Source of the DNA: a virus
Lineage: Duplodnaviria > Caudoviricetes
Virus record (IMG/VR): IMGVR_UViG_3300037780_000029
Span: 1 to 44,890 of that record
Reading direction: 5' to 3' (one strand)
DNA: 44,890 bases
This document shows positions 38,123-44,890 of this stretch, in pieces (positions within the stretch are counted from its first letter, which is position 1; every line of letters begins with the position of its first letter). Under the pieces are notes generated by a model that was given only the letters and a program-made list of their open reading frames with translations, searched no databases and had not been told where the DNA came from. Made by a program: the position numbers and the translations under genes.

Positions 38123-38284
38123 ATGATTGATGAAAGCAAAGAGGATGCAATGGAGAAGATGTTGGAAAAATTAGACCAGATTATTGAGGAAGAGGGAGGA
38201 TTGGATCAGGTGAACCAAATGGCATATGACATGATCTCATGGCTGTTGCATGATTCTGATCCGCCAGAAATTGAATCATTATAA
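38123..38284 (+). CDS. 53-aa acidic protein (absent from ORF track)
   Basis: MIDESKEDAMEKMLEKLDQIIEEEGGLDQVNQMAYDMISWLLHDSDPPEIESL fills the gap between neighbours. Confidence 0.55.
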   Translation: MIDESKEDAMEKMLEKLDQIIEEEGGLDQVNQMAYDMISWLLHDSDPPEIESL

Positions 38285-38306
38285 TTACCAGGATGATAAA
38301 TGGGGT

Positions 38307-38744
38307 ATGAAGAGGAGAAAGAAGCCAATGACCCGGTATGTATATTTGATGGAGAGGGTAAGCCGGAGAGAGTGGATCAGTATTTTGACTTTCAAAAGAG
38401 AGATTAAAATAGGTATCTCCAAAAACCCGAGCCAAAGAGTAAAGGATGTTACTGATGGAATTCCGGGAAAGATCAAAGTGAGGGCTATTTATCGAGTGAA
38501 AGAAGCGAGCCGAGTGGAGAGCCGGTTGCACCGGAAGTTTAAAAAATGGAATTTCAAGCCAAAGGGAGCGAAGAAAGGAGCGGGAGGCAGCGAAATGTTT
38601 AGATTGTCTGCCAGCCAATTGATAGATTTAAAGAGAGAGTTGAGGAAAGAAGTTCAGGGAGGAGAGATGTGGGTTTTATTAAAGTTGGCAGGTGTGGGAT
38701 ACATTATTGTTTATTTACTTCATCATTTAAAAGATTGGATATGA
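38307..38744 (+). CDS. T5orf172/GIY-YIG-like nuclease with C-terminal hydrophobic segment
   Basis: YVYLM, KIGISKNP.QR, ESRLHRKF, GSEMF; tail WVLLKLAGVGYIIVYLL. Confidence 0.75.
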   Translation: MKRRKKPMTRYVYLMERVSRREWISILTFKREIKIGISKNPSQRVKDVTDGIPGKIKVRAIYRVKEASRVESRLHRKFKKWNFKPKGAKKGAGGSEMFRLSASQLIDLKRELRKEVQGGEMWVLLKLAGVGYIIVYLLHHLKDWI

Positions 38745-39574
38745 GTGTAAGTGTAAGAGGAAAGAGATATTTATTGGGGATTGATCCGGGATTAAACACG
38801 ATGGGTGTGGCGATCGGGAAAGATAAAAAGTTGATCATCGTAAAGGGAGGGAGTTTGTTGGAGATGTTGAAGTGGATAACCACGGAGTTCAAAAAAAGAG
38901 GGATTGATTTTGATGAGGTGGTGGCAGTGGTAGAAAACCCTGATTTGGATTCACCGAGCTTTAAGATGTGGGGAATGTTTAAATTAGCGTTGGAGGATTA
39001 TGTGAATAACCTATTGCTCCGGGCCATGAAATCAGGTGCCACAAAGACTCTGAGGAGAGTATTGATTTGGGCAGGGTTTAGTCAAAAGAAAGCCATGATA
39101 CCAATCCAAAAGCCAAAGCTGAATTATCGGGAGTCACCGCCCACGGAGGTAAATATCAAAGACCTTGAATCTTCATTCCGGATTGCAATGAATTACAGCC
39201 AGAAAGTGGGGCAAAATAAGGCGGCTGCAAAGCTGATTATTCAGGTTTTAGAGGAAAAGGGTATACCGGTGCTGGAAGTGGCACCAAGTGAAAGGCAGAA
39301 GGCGTACAGGGATGAAAAAGGAGGGAAGGTATACCATGATAAGCCGAATATGTTGAAGATGCCGACAAAGACCAATGCGGCTCAGTTTGAAGAGGTGACA
39401 GGGTATGGTGGGAGATCGAATGAGCATGGAAGAGATGCGGGAACGCTGATCTCCGGAGTGACAGTGAGGAATGTATTGATGAGGTTGGAGATTCAGGCAG
39501 CAAAGAGGGGTAAGGTGCCAGGAAGTTACCCGGGGGTATACAATGACAATGAGTTTTTAATCAAAAAAGGATAG
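38741..39574 (+). CDS. RuvC-like Holliday junction resolvase with large insertion
   Basis: LLGIDPG, VVENP, EVAP, NEHGRDAG. Confidence 0.7.
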   Translation: MSVSVRGKRYLLGIDPGLNTMGVAIGKDKKLIIVKGGSLLEMLKWITTEFKKRGIDFDEVVAVVENPDLDSPSFKMWGMFKLALEDYVNNLLLRAMKSGATKTLRRVLIWAGFSQKKAMIPIQKPKLNYRESPPTEVNIKDLESSFRIAMNYSQKVGQNKAAAKLIIQVLEEKGIPVLEVAPSERQKAYRDEKGGKVYHDKPNMLKMPTKTNAAQFEEVTGYGGRSNEHGRDAGTLISGVTVRNVLMRLEIQAAKRGKVPGSYPGVYNDNEFLIKKG

Positions 39575-39577
39575 GTT

Positions 39578-39799
39578 GTGAGGCAAAGGAAGTGTTTTAA
39601 TTGTAAGTTTAAAGGGCCTAGTTTTAGGTTAGGCAAAATCACTCACATGCATTGCGAGAATCCTGAGTATAATAAAGAATTGAAGATAGGCGGAGAGCTT
39701 TCACCGTGGGAGACTTTAAGAGAGTTTTGGCAGACATGTGAGAGGCATGAGTTTAATAATCAAAAAGGAGATGAAGATGGAAAAGAAGGAATTGAGTAA
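39578..39799 (+). CDS. Small Cys/His (zinc-binding) protein
   Basis: CFNC..C..CERH; leader box 19 nt upstream of GTG. Confidence 0.6.
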   Translation: MRQRKCFNCKFKGPSFRLGKITHMHCENPEYNKELKIGGELSPWETLREFWQTCERHEFNNQKGDEDGKEGIE

Positions 39800-39950
39800 A
39801 TTGAGGTTTAGTTGGTCAGCAGTGGTAAGATTGAGGAATGGGATCAGGATGAGATTGTGGTGGAGTTCGTGGGCAATGAGAGAGGGAAGTGTGGAGGAGG
39901 TGGAAAGTGTGGCGAGTGATTGGCCTAAAAAAGAGATTGTTAACCATTAA
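39777..39950 (+). CDS. Hypothetical small protein
   Basis: Leader box 19 nt upstream of ATG 39777. Confidence 0.45.
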   Translation: MEKKELSKLRFSWSAVVRLRNGIRMRLWWSSWAMREGSVEEVESVASDWPKKEIVNH

Positions 39951-39960
39951 TAAATCAGAG

Positions 39961-40641
39961 ATGAAATTGGTATTTGATATTGAGACAGTAAGAAGCTACA
40001 AAGAGCTGAGTGATGCGCCGGCGGATTACCAGGATGCGTGGAAGTATTTTGCAGAAAAGAAATACCCGGAGTTGGAGGTGAGTGAAGCCTATAAAAAGTG
40101 GGCGGGGCTTTATCCTGAATTCGGAAAGGTGGTTTGTTTCTCCGGGATCACAAATGTGGAAAAGAAAATGACGAGTTACACCGGGATGGATGTAAAATCA
40201 AAGACTCCGGAGTGGGCGTTGTTAAAGTTGATTGCGGACCGGATGAACCGGGGAGATTGGAAAAAGGTGATGCTGATAGGGCATAACATTAAAAATTTTG
40301 ATATCCCGTATTTAGTCACGAGGATGATAGTGAATGGGATCACTGTGCCGGAGGTGTTCAAATTCGGAAAAGTGAAGCCGTGGGAGTTGACATGGATTCG
40401 AGACACAATGGATATGTACCGCCAAAACAATCGGTATTCGGTTCAGGTTAGTAACCTGGCTGCACTGTGTTTAGTGTTGGGAGTGAAGAGCCCTAAAAAT
40501 GATCTCAAAGGATCAGAGGTGGGAGATTTGTATTGGGGAGATGAGAATGGAGATGCGGTGGAGAAAATCACTGATTATTGTGAAGAGGATGTATTGGCGA
40601 CAGGTCAAGTGTATAACCGATTAAAACAGATATTTGGATGA
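39961..40641 (+). CDS. DEDD 3'-5' exonuclease (PolB-exonuclease-related)
   Basis: FDIETV, GHNIKNFDIPYL, YCEEDV. Confidence 0.9.
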   Translation: MKLVFDIETVRSYKELSDAPADYQDAWKYFAEKKYPELEVSEAYKKWAGLYPEFGKVVCFSGITNVEKKMTSYTGMDVKSKTPEWALLKLIADRMNRGDWKKVMLIGHNIKNFDIPYLVTRMIVNGITVPEVFKFGKVKPWELTWIRDTMDMYRQNNRYSVQVSNLAALCLVLGVKSPKNDLKGSEVGDLYWGDENGDAVEKITDYCEEDVLATGQVYNRLKQIFG

Positions 40642-41297
40642 TTACCAAGATAGCTTTAATTGATCCGGGACATGGTGGGATGATTGGGGGCAAGTATGTA
40701 ACTGCTCCGGATAAGATGTTTCACCATAAAGGGCATCCATTGGAGCTACATGGTGATGGATATTTTTATGAGGGGGTATGGAATAGAGTGATGGCATTGA
40801 AGGTGGGGAGCATCCTGCAGGAAAGGAAAATACCGTATCTCTATACCATCCCTTTTCAGTATTGGAATGAGGATGTGAGTTTGAAAGCGAGGGTAAGGTT
40901 TGCGAATACGATTCATGACCCTTTTAATCGGATTTTTTGTGGCTTCTTTTCGATTCATGCGAATAGCCATGATGGTACGGCAAGAGGGTTTGAAGTTTAT
41001 ACCAGTATTGGAGAGACAGAATCAGATTACATTGCGCAGGTTCACTATAAAAATGTGGATCAAAGGTTGGGGGGAAGGATAAGGATGAGGCCCGGAGATA
41101 AGCCAGGAGAGGTGGATAAGGAGAGAAAGTTTTATGTGCTGCATAGGACTAAAATGCCGGCGGTTTTGATTGAGCATTTGTATTTTGATAATTTTGATGA
41201 TGTTTGTTTATTGGTAGACCCGGAGGTGATCAGAGAGTTTGCGGAAGCATTGGCGGATAGCATTGAGAGCTGGATGAAAGGGAGTTTTTATTTATAA
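40638..41297 (+). CDS. N-acetylmuramoyl-L-alanine amidase (Amidase_3), probable endolysin
   Basis: IDPGHGG, E...N, SIHANS, GFEVY, PAVLIE. Confidence 0.92.
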   Translation: MITKIALIDPGHGGMIGGKYVTAPDKMFHHKGHPLELHGDGYFYEGVWNRVMALKVGSILQERKIPYLYTIPFQYWNEDVSLKARVRFANTIHDPFNRIFCGFFSIHANSHDGTARGFEVYTSIGETESDYIAQVHYKNVDQRLGGRIRMRPGDKPGEVDKERKFYVLHRTKMPAVLIEHLYFDNFDDVCLLVDPEVIREFAEALADSIESWMKGSFYL

Positions 41298-41309
41298 AAT
41301 CAATCAATT

Positions 41310-41678
41310 ATGAAAAGTGTGATTTTCTTTAGCGTGTTGACCGTTTTTGTGTTGGTGATGTATTTGACGAATTATGGGCCGAGGCATCCGGCATTTATTG
41401 AGGTGCATGAGTTTTGTGGGGAAAAAGTAAAGATCATAAATGGGGGGAATGATAGTGTGTTTGTGGTAATGACTGAGGATGTGATCATGAGAGATGAAGT
41501 GTGGGACAAAGTTGAGGGATTGTGTATAAAGAGGAGGAATAGTGGTGGGCATTATTACCCATTCGAAATATCGAAAAAGGAAAATGCGCGGGATATCTTG
41601 CACCGGCTATGGTGGGAGATTGAGAAAGAAATATGCAGAGGTGATAAATTAAACTCGATGGCGAATGGGACTAATTAA
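41310..41678 (+). CDS. Hypothetical protein with N-terminal membrane anchor
   Basis: MKSVIFFSVLTVFVLVMYL. Confidence 0.55.
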   Translation: MKSVIFFSVLTVFVLVMYLTNYGPRHPAFIEVHEFCGEKVKIINGGNDSVFVVMTEDVIMRDEVWDKVEGLCIKRRNSGGHYYPFEISKKENARDILHRLWWEIEKEICRGDKLNSMANGTN

Positions 41679-42072
41679 CACAATATTCGCTTATGCGGAG
41701 GACGATTCAGAAATGGAGAGAGGGTTTGAGGTGGAAGAGATACGAGTTGTACCTTATGTTGAAAAGGGAGTTTATACGGTGAGGCATGATCTGAATGTCA
41801 AAGAAATGATGATAAAAGCATTTGGCAAGGATGAGATGTGGGGCAAGGATTTTGCAAAGAGCATGGAGGAGATGAATGGTGTGGTAAAGAAATATTTGGA
41901 AGAAAAGAGAAAAGGTGGTGCAGTCTTTATTGTTTCTGAGGTGTTTAGTAATCATACCATGACTCCAAAAAAAGATTATCAGGCGGCTTTATTTAAAGGT
42001 GTGCCTTATTGTGTCTCTTTCGATAAAGAGAATGAAGTGATTTCGGTTCAAGTCTTTTTTACATATAGTTAG
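41665..42072 (+). CDS. Hypothetical protein
   Basis: Packed ORF ending before terminator. Confidence 0.55.
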   Translation: MGLINTIFAYAEDDSEMERGFEVEEIRVVPYVEKGVYTVRHDLNVKEMMIKAFGKDEMWGKDFAKSMEEMNGVVKKYLEEKRKGGAVFIVSEVFSNHTMTPKKDYQAALFKGVPYCVSFDKENEVISVQVFFTYS

Positions 42073-42095
42073 TATTTTTTGAATGGGATTATGTG

Positions 42096-42128
42096 GCCCA
42101 CTCCTTAACGGGGGTGGGTTTTTTTTTT
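42096..42128 (+). terminator. Terminator
   Basis: GCCCACTCC-ttaacg-GGGGTGGGT followed by a long T run. Confidence 0.8.
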
Positions 42129-42144
42129 AAGAAAATAACACATT

Positions 42145-42186
42145 GCGTTTGCAGTTATCACAAATGCCCTATATATTTGTTACATC
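42145..42186 (+). promoter_or_regulatory. Bacteroidota-type promoter P5
   Basis: TTTG 42148-51, 20-nt spacer, TATATTTG 42172-79. Confidence 0.85.
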
Positions 42187-42209
42187 AATCAATCAAAAAG
42201 AAATCAATT

Positions 42210-42734
42210 ATGAAAAAGGTGGAAATTTCAAAGTCTGTATTATCCGGTTTTGTTCGTTGTATCAAACTGAATTCCGTTGGAGAGCCGAGAGAGAATGGTT
42301 TTTCAGAGTATGCGGAGGATGAGATGGTGTATCATTATGAGGGAGTGGAGATGATTGAGGATGAAGGATTGTATACTTTCATTCTCTGTGAGGAAGATGG
42401 TAAAAAGTATTTGGTGTGGGATTCAGATAAAGAGGAGGCGACAGCAAATGATTTTCGTGGGATGTATGATTGGATTTGTGAGTGGATGGAGGAAAATGAT
42501 CAGGATGGGTTTATGGTAGGAATGGGAGATAAAGTTGAGTTAAAGAATGGATTTGTGGGGAAAGTAGTTCAGGTGCATACAATGGGGCATGGAGATATCC
42601 GCCCGCCGTATCATTTGAAAGGTGGATTTTGTTTGAAAGGTACTCAGGGGCATTTGGGGTATTGCACTGTTCTTCCGGAAGGGATGGAGGTGATGTATGG
42701 AGGAGAGGTAAAATTTGATCAGATTAAATTATAA
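42210..42734 (+). CDS. Acidic hypothetical protein, possible C-terminal SH3/KOW-like domain
   Basis: ATG 42210 after leader box; GDKVELKNGFVGKVV. Confidence 0.6.
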   Translation: MKKVEISKSVLSGFVRCIKLNSVGEPRENGFSEYAEDEMVYHYEGVEMIEDEGLYTFILCEEDGKKYLVWDSDKEEATANDFRGMYDWICEWMEENDQDGFMVGMGDKVELKNGFVGKVVQVHTMGHGDIRPPYHLKGGFCLKGTQGHLGYCTVLPEGMEVMYGGEVKFDQIKL

Positions 42735-42782
42735 ATTTAGGTGCCTGGTGTGTGTGGTCATGCACCGGGCATTCTCAAAAAA

Positions 42783-43052
42783 ATGGTGATGGGGAATTTT
42801 GTGTTTTTTAAGAATGTGCGGATATGTAATGATGATTTTGATGCTAATCGAATGATTGATTTTTTGAAGACCTTGGATTTGGATATGATCCGAAATTTGG
42901 TGTATGCGTATCCGAGAGAAGGGAGTGTATTTTTTTTGTGGTTTAGTGATAGTGAGCCATATTTGGATCAGGAGGAGATTGAGATGCCAGATGGAGATTA
43001 TTGGTGGGTGACTGGAAATAGGTTTTTGAAAGAGGTGCAAAGGATTGATTGA
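42783..43052 (+). CDS. Hypothetical protein
   Basis: ATG after hairpin 42741-42772 and A-rich leader. Confidence 0.5.
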   Translation: MVMGNFVFFKNVRICNDDFDANRMIDFLKTLDLDMIRNLVYAYPREGSVFFLWFSDSEPYLDQEEIEMPDGDYWWVTGNRFLKEVQRID

Positions 43053-43172
43053 TGATATTCCATTGGTAGGAATGGGAGTGTTTTGAATTTATTTTTTAAC
43101 CATGTTTGAGACGTTTGTTGAATGTTGAAAGGGCCTGCCCCCTTTCTTTTCTCATTAAAAAATGATTAGATT

Positions 43173-43343
43173 ATGGATGAGGAATTGATCAAAAAAGGAT
43201 TGAAGAAAGAGGATTTGAAACACCGGCAGGAGAAAAGGTTGGATCACAAAAAGATGGAGGAGAAAAGAGAGAAAGGGATGAGGGAGCAAGGTGGAGTGGA
43301 TGAATTTTTAAAAAAGAGGAAGGGTAAAAAGAGGCAAGATTAA
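43173..43343 (+). CDS. 56-aa highly charged protein (absent from ORF track)
   Basis: MDEELIKKGLKKEDLKHRQEKRLDHKKMEEKREKGMREQGGVDEFLKKRKGKKRQD, between two hairpins. Confidence 0.5.
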   Translation: MDEELIKKGLKKEDLKHRQEKRLDHKKMEEKREKGMREQGGVDEFLKKRKGKKRQD

Positions 43344-43366
43344 AGTTAGGTTAATAAGTTTTTAGG

Positions 43367-43406
43367 GGCCGTTTCCTTTTGATGAGGGGAACGGTTCTTT
43401 TTTTTT
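43367..43406 (+). terminator. Terminator before modification/packaging operon
   Basis: GGCCGTTTCCTTT-tga-...GGGGAACGGTT followed by a T9 run. Confidence 0.75.
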
Positions 43407-43440
43407 GGCGGAAAAGGGTTTATTTTATGCAAAAAAAGAG

Positions 43441-44784
43441 ATGAAAAGGAAGTACAAAGAGCCGGATTACAATCCACGGACAATCAGTAAAGAGGATGCC
43501 AGTGATCTCCGGAAGTGGCTGGAAGAGTTTGGCGATCTATCAGGGAAAATTTACAATGTGGTTACGGAGCAATTTCCGGGGGGTAACCAGAGGAGTAAAC
43601 AGATCAATATTGAAGAGTGTGAGATTGAGTATGTGAAGCAGTGGAAAAAGCCCGATGAACAGGGTACGGTTGCTTATGGGTATGTAGTATGGCAGGGGAA
43701 GAGGTACAATTACCGGGAGGTAAAATGGGATTTGGAGAAAGAGAAGAGGGCGAATGTGATCGCCAATAAGGCAGGAGGAGAATGGGATTGGACGAAGATG
43801 AAAGAGAATTTTGAGGTGGATGATTTGTTGGAATCAGGATTTAAGACAACGGAGTTGAACGATTGGTTTTCTGAGGAGAAAAAGGATGAGAGGTTGGATA
43901 AGGAGGAGCCAGGACAGGTGGTATTCTCCAAAGAATTGGGGAAAAGTTCACAGTATATTGTATTGAAGTTTGAGGAGAACATTGATTTTCTGCAGGCAAA
44001 GACTTTGTTGGGGCTTGATAGCCGGTATAGCAAGCGGCAGAATGGGAAGCCGTGGAGCCGTGGTATTGGTAGAGTCTTTGATGGAGTTCAGGCGGTGACC
44101 CTTTTAAGAGAGGGTGAGAATGATTATTTAGCCGGGGGATATCGGTTTAAAGCGAGGAGAGATAAAACGGATGTATATTCGATTGATGAGGTGTTTAAGA
44201 AGGGAGCATATAAAAAGCTGTTGATTCAGAATGAGGATGTGGTTTTAGATATCGGAATGAACATAGGGAGCTTTGCGGTGTATGCGGCTGGATTGGGAGC
44301 GAAGGTTGTAGGGATCGAGCCGGAAGAGGAGAACTTTATGATTGCGGGAGAGAATGTGTTTAAAAACAAGATGGGGGAAGATGTGGTATTATTGAGAGGT
44401 GCGGTGGTAGGAAGAGAGATTGACCGTGTGGGGCTTTATCTCAATTCCGGGAAAGGGGCTGATGCACATAGGATCATTGAGACTCAAGGTAGAGACGTTG
44501 TAGAGGTAAGAGCATGGAACATTAATGATCTCATAAATGAATACCGGCCGAACAAATTAAAGATAGATTGTGAGGGAGCTGAGTATGAGATTATGATGGC
44601 GGTTAGAGATTGGGTGGGGATTGAGTTGATTAGCATGGAGTGGCACCGGAAATTATTAGGGGATGAGAGTAATGAGATGTTGAAAGAGGTTGTGAAGAGA
44701 ATGGAGGAAAATGGGTATGAGTTTGATGGGAAAATTGATGGGAAAGGATGGATGAGCGTTATTCATTTCAGTAAAAAAGGATAG
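43441..44784 (+). CDS. ParB-like N-terminal domain fused to FkbM-family SAM methyltransferase
   Basis: YNPRTI..L..FGD, GGNQR, AN..GGEWD (ParB-like); VLDIGMNIGSF, IEP...N, LKIDCEGAEY, MEWH (FkbM); ATG 43441 preferred over TTG 43405. Confidence 0.85.
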   Translation: MKRKYKEPDYNPRTISKEDASDLRKWLEEFGDLSGKIYNVVTEQFPGGNQRSKQINIEECEIEYVKQWKKPDEQGTVAYGYVVWQGKRYNYREVKWDLEKEKRANVIANKAGGEWDWTKMKENFEVDDLLESGFKTTELNDWFSEEKKDERLDKEEPGQVVFSKELGKSSQYIVLKFEENIDFLQAKTLLGLDSRYSKRQNGKPWSRGIGRVFDGVQAVTLLREGENDYLAGGYRFKARRDKTDVYSIDEVFKKGAYKKLLIQNEDVVLDIGMNIGSFAVYAAGLGAKVVGIEPEEENFMIAGENVFKNKMGEDVVLLRGAVVGREIDRVGLYLNSGKGADAHRIIETQGRDVVEVRAWNINDLINEYRPNKLKIDCEGAEYEIMMAVRDWVGIELISMEWHRKLLGDESNEMLKEVVKRMEENGYEFDGKIDGKGWMSVIHFSKKG

Positions 44785-44890
44785 ATATGAAAATGGGATT
44801 TTTTTCACCGAGTTATAAACGTCCGGAAAAGTCATTGACTCAAAAAGCGTTTCCGTTCGTTAAATTGGTAGTGATGGAAAGTGAGGCGGA
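44764..44890. repeat. Terminal direct repeat, copy 2
   Basis: Identical to 1-127. Confidence 0.95.

Noticed and set aside
43127-43150. Third copy of the GAARGRGCCA hairpin (GAAAGGGCCT)
   Set aside because: Here the motif forms the stem of a terminator-like hairpin (GAAAGGG/CCCTTTC), not a loop
43441-43900. ParABS plasmid partition system
   Set aside because: No ParA ATPase is seen; the ParB-like domain is fused to a methyltransferase within the packaging operon
97-44033. Numerous minus-strand ORFs in the track
   Set aside because: They shadow + strand genes, have Ser/Pro/His/Ile-rich composition produced by the strand skew, and show no recognisable motifs
44140-44784. DNA methyltransferase explaining the CCGG bias directly
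   Set aside because: Motifs are FkbM-type (KIDCEGAE); the PC/ENV motifs of C5 enzymes and the DPPY/SPPY motifs of amino-methyltransferases are absent
44764-44890. Biological terminal repeat
   Set aside because: Exactly 127 bp and cutting through genes; more likely an assembly overlap than physical ends
1-44890. Stop-codon reassignment
   Set aside because: Genes are full length and densely packed under the standard code, with TAA, TGA and TAG all used as stops
1-44890. tRNA genes, IS elements, integrase/att sites
   Set aside because: None recognisable by eye; intergenic gaps are short and explained by terminators and promoters. A tRNA scan was not run

Overview
The window is an apparently complete, circularly permuted tailed-phage genome of about 44,763 bp; bases 1-127 recur exactly at 44764-44890. 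All credible genes lie on the + strand, which is strongly G-rich and C-poor. TTTG-N20-TATATTTG promoters, A-rich starts without Shine-Dalgarno sequences and signal peptides followed by Gln point to a Bacteroidota host. Gene order: ParB-like/FkbM methyltransferase fusion and TAGT-type glycosyltransferase (joined across the circular junction), TerS, TerL, putative tail tube, portal, scaffold, capsid, neck, frameshifted tail chaperone, tape measure, tail tip, three signal-peptide proteins (acidic repeat fibre, lectin-like protein, S8 subtilase), holin. The early/middle region follows, with HTH/membrane genes, DUF932, RecT, exonuclease, ASCH, Lar-like, an initiator with internal iterons, T5orf172, RuvC-like, 3'-5' exonuclease and amidase. 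I see no integrase, DNA polymerase, tRNA or CRISPR. Best candidates for new biology: (1) a packaging-linked glycosyl/methyl modification module with no visible TET or hydroxymethylase, in a genome strikingly enriched for CCGG; (2) a cassette of Sec-exported fibre, lectin and protease in the tail-fibre/endolysin slot; (3) a conserved 10-nt-loop hairpin ahead of the two presumed most abundant virion genes; (4) paired operator-like sites in the early promoters. Family calls come from recognising motifs by eye, and counts are manual samples; no searches were run.
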